Shown: one piece after another, positions 44,055 to 52,102 of the stretch
Layout: each line of letters begins with the position of its first letter
Numbering within the stretch: position 1 is the stretch's first letter
Source of the DNA: Alphaproteobacteria bacterium
GTDB lineage: Bacteria > Pseudomonadota > Alphaproteobacteria > RF32 > CAG-239
Reading direction: 5' to 3'
Length of the DNA: 64,000 bases
NCBI GenBank assembly: GCA_045593845.1
Contig: JAZNXK010000011.1
Location: 97,198 to 161,197 of the forward strand
Made by a program: the position numbers and the translations under genes
Notes under the pieces: model-generated
The model's input: only the letters and a program-made list of their open reading frames with translations
Database searches by the model: none
Told to the model about the DNA's origin: nothing

Positions 44055-45593
44055 ATGAAAAAAAATGAATTAACAAAGGAATTAACCCCGAAACAAAAAG
44101 GGTTGATCATGAAAGTTTCTTTGAGCCGTCACTTCTTGTTGTCTGATGAGGAGACGATGGAATTGCTCAATCTTCCACACGACATTATGCGGGAGCAATT
44201 GTCCAACTACATTGAAACCCGGCAATCATTGCCTGATGAGGTGCTGACTAAGATTTTTCAACGTCACCAAGAAATTGGCGATGATATGCTTGAGCTTTGC
44301 CTTGATAAGCTTTTGCAATTTCCTGATGCAGCGCAGATTGAGATTTTCAATCTGCCGGAAAAGCTCCGAGATAAGCTGTTGTTGGAGTTTGTGAAGAAAT
44401 CTTCACGATACTTTTGTGATGAGGCTGTGATGAAGATTTTGGATCTTCCGCATGAAATGATGATGAAAGTCATCACAACCTATCTTGGACATGCAAGCAT
44501 ACCGCCTAGAGAGGCACAATTGAAAATTGCGTGCTTCGAGCAAAGTGTGGCCGAAAAAATATTTTCGGTTTATCGTCACATTCCCAGGGCTGACGTTTTC
44601 GACGTGGTCTTTGAAAAGTGGGATGCTACAGCGAGGAAGAAATTCTTCCTTGACAATATTAAGAAGATAGGTAGCTTCGAATTCAATAATTGTCATGGTC
44701 GCCTTGAGAGAATCTTGGATTTGTCCTTGAAATTTCCGGCAAAAGATCGGGACAAGTTGCTGTCAGCTTTTTTTGACAGAGGTTATATGGATGTCAATCT
44801 CTTGAAAAAAGTCTGCACAATTGAAGAACCTTCGAGGAAGCGTTTGTTGATGCGTAAATTGTATTCGACGGATGCCATCGACGTTCTTATGGAGCTGCCC
44901 TTGCCGACCAGAACAGAATTGCTGATCCATCAAATCAAAAATGATGATTATTGCAATTTTGTGGGGCGACAAATTAGGGAGTTCTTCAATTTTCCTGAGC
45001 CATATTGCACTCGCGTGCTGAAGGCATATGTAAAAAGATATGACAATCTTTTTGAGTATGCCAAAGAAGAGGTTATGGCAATGCCAGAGCCTTTGCGTAC
45101 GGAACTGGTATTGAACAGCCTTAAGGGGTTTGAAAGCAAAGAATTGTTTGAACTGCCGGAGCCCTTGAGAACCAAGGCTCTTTGTGCCTATTTTTCTACA
45201 GATAAGCCGGAAGAGCATGACCTTTTTATGGTTTATGAACTGCCCGATGAAACCAGAACACAGGTTCTTTTGGCAGCAATAACCGCAGGAAAAAACAGGT
45301 ATCTGTTTAATTACGGGGTTTGGGAGAGTCCGCTCAAGAGTATGCTCTTTGATTTGCCGGAGCCGTCGAGAACCAAGGTCCTAACCGGCTATGTGGAAAA
45401 CGGTTGGGAATTTGATGATCCATGGATGTTGTGGCTGCTCCCAAAAGAAGTCAGAGATTCGCTTATCGAGGTGTATGCCGCGAAACACAAACGTTTCAAC
45501 CCTTCTTATTATGAAGAGAAAATCAAAGAGCTCTTCGGTGAAGTTCCTGATAATTTTTTAAAAGCAAAAATCTCGCTAAACGTTAGTGTTTAG
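44055..45593 (+). CDS. Orphan alpha-solenoid protein with about 15 repeats of 26-31 aa
   Basis: Recurring hhxLPEPxRTxhLxxY units, e.g. AMPEPLRTELV, ELPEPLRTKAL, DLPEPSRTKVL. Confidence 0.8.
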   Translation: MKKNELTKELTPKQKGLIMKVSLSRHFLLSDEETMELLNLPHDIMREQLSNYIETRQSLPDEVLTKIFQRHQEIGDDMLELCLDKLLQFPDAAQIEIFNLPEKLRDKLLLEFVKKSSRYFCDEAVMKILDLPHEMMMKVITTYLGHASIPPREAQLKIACFEQSVAEKIFSVYRHIPRADVFDVVFEKWDATARKKFFLDNIKKIGSFEFNNCHGRLERILDLSLKFPAKDRDKLLSAFFDRGYMDVNLLKKVCTIEEPSRKRLLMRKLYSTDAIDVLMELPLPTRTELLIHQIKNDDYCNFVGRQIREFFNFPEPYCTRVLKAYVKRYDNLFEYAKEEVMAMPEPLRTELVLNSLKGFESKELFELPEPLRTKALCAYFSTDKPEEHDLFMVYELPDETRTQVLLAAITAGKNRYLFNYGVWESPLKSMLFDLPEPSRTKVLTGYVENGWEFDDPWMLWLLPKEVRDSLIEVYAAKHKRFNPSYYEEKIKELFGEVPDNFLKAKISLNVSV

Positions 45594-45604
45594 CGAGATT
45601 TTTT
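45566..45604. terminator. Bidirectional terminator overlapping the end of the repeat protein gene
   Basis: aaaaatctcgctaaac-gttagt-gtttagcgagattttt. Confidence 0.8.
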
Positions 45605-45948
45605 TACTTGTTGCGTTTCTCAATTTCGTCCTCTAAATCTTTGAGGTACTCTTTGATTGGCCTGTAGGAAGGCCGGCGGACGTGCAGAGATGAAATTTTC
45701 CAGCTTAATGCCGGATGTTTTTCCATTGCGACGGTAACTTCGTCTCCGACGGCTACAGAGCAAACTTTTTCAGTTTTTGCATCGTGGAGAATGTAGTTTT
45801 CTACCATGAATGATACCTCGGTGCCGATGGTGAAAGTTGTATCATCCATTTGGGTCTCTCTCACGTCTACCGTGAACTCTGTTACATTTGAGTTGCAAAT
45901 TTTTGCAACTCTTACAATTTTTCCGATTAAAACAGCTTTTTTTGCCAT
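45604..45948 (-). CDS. Orphan small beta-rich protein, possible OB fold
   Basis: LIGKIVRV and VAVGDEVTVAM strand patterns. Confidence 0.6.
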   Translation of the reverse strand: MAKKAVLIGKIVRVAKICNSNVTEFTVDVRETQMDDTTFTIGTEVSFMVENYILHDAKTEKVCSVAVGDEVTVAMEKHPALSWKISSLHVRRPSYRPIKEYLKDLEDEIEKRNK

Positions 45949-46051
45949 AATAAATGAATTTAAGTGGTTTATAATAATTTATAAATGCTTTTAATTATGC
46001 TTTAATTAAAAGTTTTTTTGAAAATTTGTCAAGATTTATGTGAAATTAGAC

Positions 46052-46597
46052 TTAACTATTTATATTTTGTGCAGATTTTATCTTGCTATTGCCTGAAGTC
46101 GGTTGGACTTTTTGCATTTCTATTATGGTTTCGGGTTTGATTTTTAGGACATCAGCAACAAAATGAATATCTTTTCCCATCTTTTTGGCGGCATTATAAA
46201 AATCAATTTTCCATGGTGTTTCCTTTTGCACTTCGCTCATTAGAATAAGCATTTTTTTATCATCATGACCGAGAATTTCGGAGGCAAGTGCCCATGTTGT
46301 GAGCCATTCGTGAACATAGCGATAATCATTTTCGGCATTTCTGCCGTCGTTGGTTTTGACGGTGCCGGAATATTCTCCATAGTGCTTCATAGCTTCAAAC
46401 AACGGCATTTTTCGCAGATTATTGACTTCGGAATGCTCTTCCATTTCTTTTTTTGCCGACATAAGATTGTTGATTACGTTGTCATCAACTTTTAATGTGT
46501 GGCAATATGGAGTTATGGCCCATACGTCACCTTCGCCGTTCCAAATATTAAGCAGGTAATTATCGTCTCTGACGTCGGTCATTTCGACCAAGTGCAT
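46052..46597 (-). CDS. Hypothetical protein; probable C-terminal half of a frameshifted Nudix-like protein
   Basis: Frame is open upstream past the stop of the 46609-47064 ORF, in the -1 frame. Confidence 0.55.
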   Translation of the reverse strand: MHLVEMTDVRDDNYLLNIWNGEGDVWAITPYCHTLKVDDNVINNLMSAKKEMEEHSEVNNLRKMPLFEAMKHYGEYSGTVKTNDGRNAENDYRYVHEWLTTWALASEILGHDDKKMLILMSEVQKETPWKIDFYNAAKKMGKDIHFVADVLKIKPETIIEMQKVQPTSGNSKIKSAQNINS

Positions 46598-46608
46598 TTT
46601 ATCAAAAT

Positions 46609-47064
46609 TTATTTCGGAATGGAGATACCTAAATTTCCGAGTTCTTCTCTGGTTTCGCGTTTAACGTTATTTTGGCGGATTATGTCAATATCGCTAGTCA
46701 AAACGGTTTTTCCATCTTTGATAATAATGTCGTCTTTGATACCGACCAAATCAGCACGCTCTTTTGGGGACAGTTTTGCAAATTCAAGATGGCTCGTTCT
46801 TTCGGACAAGCCGCCCAAAGCTCCGATACCGTCACGGATGCCTGTTCGGGAGTTCAGACGTTCGATGACAAGAATATTGATATTGTCTAATTGTTCTTTT
46901 AGAGTTTTTCCTTCTGATAATTCGCCGCTGTAAAGGGTAACATTTGCACCGCTGCTTTGGATAAGTTTTCGGTTGTCGCCTTCATACAAAATGGCTGCGC
47001 GCTCGGCTCCTTTTTGTGCGCTTTTTAGAGCTTTTTTCAGTTTTTCTTTTGTTTTGTATTGCAT
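46609..47064 (-). CDS. Hypothetical protein; probable N-terminal half of a Nudix-like protein
   Basis: GALGGLSE and KRETREELG resemble a split Nudix box; ORF stops shortly after it. Confidence 0.55.
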   Translation of the reverse strand: MQYKTKEKLKKALKSAQKGAERAAILYEGDNRKLIQSSGANVTLYSGELSEGKTLKEQLDNINILVIERLNSRTGIRDGIGALGGLSERTSHLEFAKLSPKERADLVGIKDDIIIKDGKTVLTSDIDIIRQNNVKRETREELGNLGISIPK

Positions 47065-47276
47065 TATCTCTCTCTTTCTAAAACGAAAACAAAAGCTTCT
47101 CGGGCGAAAAATAGAAAAGTGCGGCGATTTTCTCTTTGCAGGGCTTTTACTTCCCAGCCTTCTTGTGCTTGTCGATTTAGTGCTTTAGTCAGTTTTTCGG
47201 GATTAACTTTTCCGCCGTTGAAGAGTATGGAAGTAAAAATGCTCTCCGTGTATAAAAATATTTTGTATTCTTTCAT
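47064..47276 (-). CDS. DUF4177-like small protein
   Basis: MKEYK...LNRQAQEGWEV...FVLER pattern. Confidence 0.7.
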   Translation of the reverse strand: MKEYKIFLYTESIFTSILFNGGKVNPEKLTKALNRQAQEGWEVKALQRENRRTFLFFAREAFVFVLERER

Positions 47277-47314
47277 GTTTTTAGTCCTCCGAGCGACTTT
47301 TGGATGCGAGACAA

Positions 47315-47435
47315 TGGCGTGCCCGGAGGGATTACTTCGTTATACTACGTTCACTGCGCTCATCAGCAGTGCTGACCGGCATATTCTCATCTGCCTTTCG
47401 CTTGTAGTCAAACCCACTTTTGTGGTTTCGAACCC
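47315..47435 (-). repeat. Duplicated tRNA-Arg 3' end with the T-arm split by an insertion of about 93 nt
   Basis: tggcgtgcccggagggatt at 47315-47333 equals 47496-47514; ttcgaaccc at 47427-47435. Confidence 0.85.
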
Positions 47436-47495
47436 TTAGGACTTCGTCATTTAAAAACAAAAACTCTCTCTTAAGGAGAAAATTTTTGTTTTTAT

Positions 47496-47572
47496 TGGCG
47501 TGCCCGGAGGGATTCGAACCCACGGCCTTTGGCGTCGGAGGCCAACACTCTATCCAGCTGAGCTACGGGCAC
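47496..47572 (-). tRNA. tRNA-Arg(CCG)
   Basis: Reverse complement GTGCCCGTAGCTCAGCTGGATAGAG...TTGGC CTCCGAC GCCAA...GGTTCGAATCC...GGGCACGCCA. Confidence 0.93.
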
Positions 47573-47706
47573 AAGATATGCTATATTATTACAGTGAAAA
47601 GAATTTAAATGCTACATTTTTTTTATTTTTTATAAAAAATCCTTGACTTTGGGCGATAATGTGGCTATTAACAAGCAACAAGTTTATTTTTTTTAAGGAT
47701 TTAGTT

Positions 47707-48078
47707 ATGGTAAAAAAATGTGATATTTCCGGCACCGGCGTTATGAGCGGCAATAATGTCAGCCACGCAAATAATCGTACTCGTCGTCGTTTTATGCCGA
47801 ATTTGCAAGTTGTTTCTTTGTTCAGCGAGGCCCTGAACAAATTTTTCAAATTGAAAATTTGCTCCAAAACTCTTCGTTCAATTGAACATAACGGTGGGTT
47901 GGATTCTTATTTGGAATCTGCTCGCACGGATGAATTGACATCAGAAGCTCAAAAAATTAAAAAATCTGTCGCAAAAAAGAAAGGAACTTCAGCAAAAGCA
48001 GAAGCTCCGAAGAAAAAAGTTGTAAAAAACAAGTCAGCTCGTGTGACTAAAGTTGCGGCAAAAAAGGCTTCTAAATAA
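47707..48078 (+). CDS. rpmB: 50S ribosomal protein L28 with a Lys/Ala-rich tail
   Basis: GNNVSHANNRTRRRFMPNLQ, LRSIEHNGGLD. Confidence 0.96.
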   Translation: MVKKCDISGTGVMSGNNVSHANNRTRRRFMPNLQVVSLFSEALNKFFKLKICSKTLRSIEHNGGLDSYLESARTDELTSEAQKIKKSVAKKKGTSAKAEAPKKKVVKNKSARVTKVAAKKASK

Positions 48079-48092
48079 TAAAGACTTTGAGT

Positions 48093-48125
48093 AAAAAAAA
48101 AGACCTCCCTTACGGGAGGTTTTTT
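48093..48125. terminator. Bidirectional terminator
   Basis: aaaaagacctccc-ttac-gggaggtttttt. Confidence 0.8.
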
Positions 48126-49527
48126 ATTCTTCGAAATTTTCTTCCTGTTCCTTTTCTTCTTGTTCTTTTTCTTTCAGTTCCTGTAAAATTTGGCAGGTTT
48201 TGGCTATGTCTGCTTTTATTTGTTTTATGTAGGATAATTTTTGCGCATTTTCATATACAAATAAAGAATCATGAAAACAAGATAAGGCATCTTCCAATAA
48301 TGGAATATTGTTGTTTTTACGTCCTTGAAGATAGTATATATGCCCGATTTTTTCTTGAATATATCCCCAAGATAAAGGGTCTTTTTTTTCGGTAATAACT
48401 TTTTGTTGGTTTTGATAAGCATCGACGGCTAAATTATATATGATGGCACTTTTGGTCAGGTGGGCAAGGTTGTGTAATAAATAGCCGAGAACTTCTTGAA
48501 TATGTGCCCAAAAATTAGGGAAAAGTGTTTGGGTATAAACTTTTTCGGCTTCTCGCATTTGAAATACGGCGTCTCTCAAAGCCTGTATGTCTTCGGTTTG
48601 TTTCCAATAGTTGATATAAAGATTGGCAAGCTTATAACATATGTATCCGTAGTCGTAGGGATAGGTGTATTTGCTTAAATATTTTTGGGCTTGCTGATAA
48701 TTTTTTATGGAATTGCGAAAATATGATGACGGTCGACTGTTGTAGCGTGTTGCGCAATCATAAAGTTGGCCCAAATGGTTGTATATACATCCCAAGTGGG
48801 TGGGGTGCAAAATTTGGTTTTGGTGCTGAAGAGCTCCGGAAAAAAGTTCGTTGATAATTTTGAAATCGTCATCATGTTGGCTGTCATAGGCAAGACTGAG
48901 ATAAATTATGCCTAAAAGATTTAGTACATAAGGGAGATAAATTTCTTCCAATGATTGAAGAGAATCGATTTGTGATAACTGGTAAGATATTTTTCTTAAG
49001 AGGTATTTTTTATAAATTTGTTTTTCTCTTTCTGTCGGATTGGCCGAACTTATGGCGGCACCATAGAGCAACATTAGCAGGTCAGTGGAAATTTGCGCGG
49101 AAGGACCGTCTAAAATCTCGGCAGGAAGGTAAAAACTGTCCATCAAAGAAATGAAAGTATTTCCTTTGTCCTCATATTGATAGGGTGACTGAAAATTTAG
49201 GCGAATGACATCTTTGTCACGGTATCCCCATATGATTGTATCGGCATTATGTTGTTGTATAATTGAATTGCCGGTATCAATAAGGTCAAAAATATTGCGG
49301 CTTTCCAAATTGAGAAAAGAATGGTCAAAGTTTTCGGTATATGCGATTGCATTAAGTCCTTCGCAATTATTGAGAGCGTTGGCAAGATTTGTGGCGCCGT
49401 TGCTGCTGGAATTGTCGTAAAAGTCGGCGACTACAATTTTGAATTGCGGAATATATTCTCCGTTAGTATTTTTTTCAGAGGAAACAGATGTTTCTTTGTT
49501 GAAAAATTGTTTTAAATTCCAAGCCAT
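48124..49527 (-). CDS. TPR-like repeat protein
   Basis: Repeated helical units NLLGIIY, NHLGQLY, YKLANLY, EVLGYLL, EKIGHIY. Confidence 0.75.
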   Translation of the reverse strand: MAWNLKQFFNKETSVSSEKNTNGEYIPQFKIVVADFYDNSSSNGATNLANALNNCEGLNAIAYTENFDHSFLNLESRNIFDLIDTGNSIIQQHNADTIIWGYRDKDVIRLNFQSPYQYEDKGNTFISLMDSFYLPAEILDGPSAQISTDLLMLLYGAAISSANPTEREKQIYKKYLLRKISYQLSQIDSLQSLEEIYLPYVLNLLGIIYLSLAYDSQHDDDFKIINELFSGALQHQNQILHPTHLGCIYNHLGQLYDCATRYNSRPSSYFRNSIKNYQQAQKYLSKYTYPYDYGYICYKLANLYINYWKQTEDIQALRDAVFQMREAEKVYTQTLFPNFWAHIQEVLGYLLHNLAHLTKSAIIYNLAVDAYQNQQKVITEKKDPLSWGYIQEKIGHIYYLQGRKNNNIPLLEDALSCFHDSLFVYENAQKLSYIKQIKADIAKTCQILQELKEKEQEEKEQEENFEE

Positions 49528-50606
49528 CAGTCGTCTTCTTTCTCTTTAACATATTGTTTCAAATCATTTATACGATCTTGAATGTCATTTATTACTTCTT
49601 TATCCACGTTTATCGGTGTTGTTTCCAAATTTAAGTTGCGGAGTTTGTTTAGAAACCATATTGCAACGAAAGTTGAAAATAATAAAAGAGAATATTGTTG
49701 TTCGCTATAAGCTTGAAAACATCCGAGTATTATTATCAATATTTGTCCTCTGACAAGAAAAGAAGATGCAAGACGGGGCGAAAAACCACAAGATATTATA
49801 TATTTGTATGAAGTATTGTCTTTAATGTTTGCATATTGTTCAAGAAAAGTTATACGCAGAAAGATGGCCCAAAGTATATCCATAATGAACAGCATTGCAA
49901 ATATGAGAGCGCAGCTTGTTGCTCCCTCGGTTGCTGTCCATGCCATGAGGGCGAAAATAATGAAACCGATGCAGGTTGCATTGTTTTCAGAAATATATCT
50001 TTTTGCCGGCGGCCAAGTTGTGATACTTAATGCGATGGAAGCTGTTGTAATAACCAAACCTGCAAGACCGAGGAAAAACGGAATGGCCCCTATCATGGCT
50101 AATATTGCAATGCCCAAAGAGATGGCTACGGATTGAATGCCAAGTACGGAACCGCTGTTGATATAGCGGTAAAAATAAGAAAAAGTAAACCACGAGGTAA
50201 TAAGGATAAGTTTATTATAAAATACAGGTAGAGGAATAATGCGGGCAATAGAATCGTCAGGAATACTGAAGGATGCGGCAAGGGAAGATAAAAAAAGGAA
50301 TAAAATAAAAAATTTTGATGTTTGCTTATATTCGCTCGTTAAAAATAATAGGGTTGCGCAGATAAAAGGTATTGAAAGTTCCATAAAATTAAATGAACTT
50401 ATGAAATCTCTGCCGTCAAAGCAAAGAAAATAGTTAACGGAGCATATAATGAAGGGTGTTAGTATCAGAGAAAGCATAAACAACAGATGATTTTTGTTGC
50501 TGCTGTTAAAGGGGGTTATTGCGGAGGAAAAATTTTTGTATGCCGCAATCGGAATAATAAAGCCTAAAAAGCCTGATATTAAAGCGATAATAAAGTGCAT
50601 ACTCAT
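49527..50606 (-). CDS. Polytopic membrane protein, divergent MraY/WecA-like fold
   Basis: About 10 TM segments; TWPPAKRYISENNATCIGF aligns with the family NxxPAKIFxGDxGSxxLGF motif. Confidence 0.55.
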   Translation of the reverse strand: MSMHFIIALISGFLGFIIPIAAYKNFSSAITPFNSSNKNHLLFMLSLILTPFIICSVNYFLCFDGRDFISSFNFMELSIPFICATLLFLTSEYKQTSKFFILFLFLSSLAASFSIPDDSIARIIPLPVFYNKLILITSWFTFSYFYRYINSGSVLGIQSVAISLGIAILAMIGAIPFFLGLAGLVITTASIALSITTWPPAKRYISENNATCIGFIIFALMAWTATEGATSCALIFAMLFIMDILWAIFLRITFLEQYANIKDNTSYKYIISCGFSPRLASSFLVRGQILIIILGCFQAYSEQQYSLLLFSTFVAIWFLNKLRNLNLETTPINVDKEVINDIQDRINDLKQYVKEKEDD

Positions 50607-50671
50607 TTTTTGTTCCTCAATAGCTAATTCAAAATTTTCTTGAGTATATCGTAAATGAATTAAAAAATTGT

Positions 50672-51946
50672 CTACAAAATTTCTTTTTGGAGTTGTGCAA
50701 CAAAAAATCCGTCAATGCCTCCGAATTGTTCAAAATGATAGGGAATGCAGCGGATGAACCCTTCGCTTGTCAGTAAAGTTTTTAGTTCATTTTCAGATTT
50801 TTGGGATAATTTGGAAAAAGTAATCGGTAATATTTTGAAATTCGGGTGATTTTTCAAAAAATTTTTAATTTGCTCTTCACCTTCTGCTTTTGACAAGGAG
50901 CAAACCGAATATAATATGATCCCGCCTTCTGCAAGATGAGAGGCTGCCGCCTCAAGCATTGCTTTTTGAATTGCTTGATTTTGAGCAACGTCTTTTGAGG
51001 TGCGGGTATGCACAATTTCTGGATGTCGGCGCAAAGTGCCTGTTGCTGAACAAGGAGCATCTATGGTGATGATGTTATAGACGGAAGAATCGGTTTGTAA
51101 AAAGCTTATAGCATCTTCACAAATGATTTTTTCCGGCTCAAAATTTAATCTTTGCAGATTTTGCTGCATGGTTTTGATTCGGGCTAATGATATTTCTACG
51201 GAGGTCACTTTTGCTCCGCCGTTGATGAGTTGTGCAGTTTTTCCTCCGGGGGCGGAACAGAGTTCCAGAACCTTTTTGTCTTTGATGTCAGTAAGTGATT
51301 GTATGGCGAGAGATGATGAAAAATCTTGCACCCACCATTGTCCTTGTTCGTAGCCGAAAATATCAGGAATACTGCCGGCGGAAAAAAGCCGAATGCTGCC
51401 GTTGGGCATTAGTTGTCCTTCTAATTTTTTTGCCCATTCTTCGGAATTATTCTTTACGGTAATATCAAGCGGAGGCTCGTTTGAACAGACAGACTCGATA
51501 TTGTCAATTTGTGACTTTGTGTAATCTTTTTGCAATAATCGACGGAATGATTGAGGAAAAAATATATTTGGTTGTTGTCTGATAGTGTCTTTGTTTTGGC
51601 AAATTTTATGTAGTATGGCATTTACAAATCCGCCGGAAAATTTGTTATCTTTTTTTGCCAGAGCAACGTAACTGTTGACGGCGGCATATTCAGGTGTGCT
51701 GAAATAAAGAATTTCGGTTGCCCCGAGAACGATACATAAGTGAGAAAAGGATAATTTTTGCGGCAGAGGTTTTGATGTATGGTTGTTGATTGCATTTATT
51801 AAAAATTGGTGCTTTCTTAATGCAGTCAAAACCAGTCTTTTGCAAAAAGCTTTTTCTTGCGAATCGGTTATGTTGTCAAATTCGTTACTAAAATTTCCGG
51901 AGAGAAGTTTTTGATATATTTTAAGCGATAACAGCCTGATATCCAC
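50672..51946 (-). CDS. rsmB: RsmB/NOP family rRNA m5C methyltransferase
   Basis: NusB-like N-terminus, WWVQD, CSAPGGKT, DAPCSATG, YSVCS. Confidence 0.9.
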   Translation of the reverse strand: MDIRLLSLKIYQKLLSGNFSNEFDNITDSQEKAFCKRLVLTALRKHQFLINAINNHTSKPLPQKLSFSHLCIVLGATEILYFSTPEYAAVNSYVALAKKDNKFSGGFVNAILHKICQNKDTIRQQPNIFFPQSFRRLLQKDYTKSQIDNIESVCSNEPPLDITVKNNSEEWAKKLEGQLMPNGSIRLFSAGSIPDIFGYEQGQWWVQDFSSSLAIQSLTDIKDKKVLELCSAPGGKTAQLINGGAKVTSVEISLARIKTMQQNLQRLNFEPEKIICEDAISFLQTDSSVYNIITIDAPCSATGTLRRHPEIVHTRTSKDVAQNQAIQKAMLEAAASHLAEGGIILYSVCSLSKAEGEEQIKNFLKNHPNFKILPITFSKLSQKSENELKTLLTSEGFIRCIPYHFEQFGGIDGFFVAQLQKEIL

Positions 51947-52102
51947 GAATTTTTGCCTTTCTTTCGTATTAAAAACAAAGTCAGTTTAGAAAAATGTATG
52001 GATAAATACAAGGAGAAAATAAATTCCGCTATTGTATTTTTACAATAAATATTATAATCTAAATCGAAAATTTGACATGATTTTTAGGACGAAAGGTTTT
52101 TT

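Noticed and set aside
43569-47572. Intact prophage or integrative element
   Set aside because: No integrase, transposase or phage structural gene is recognisable.
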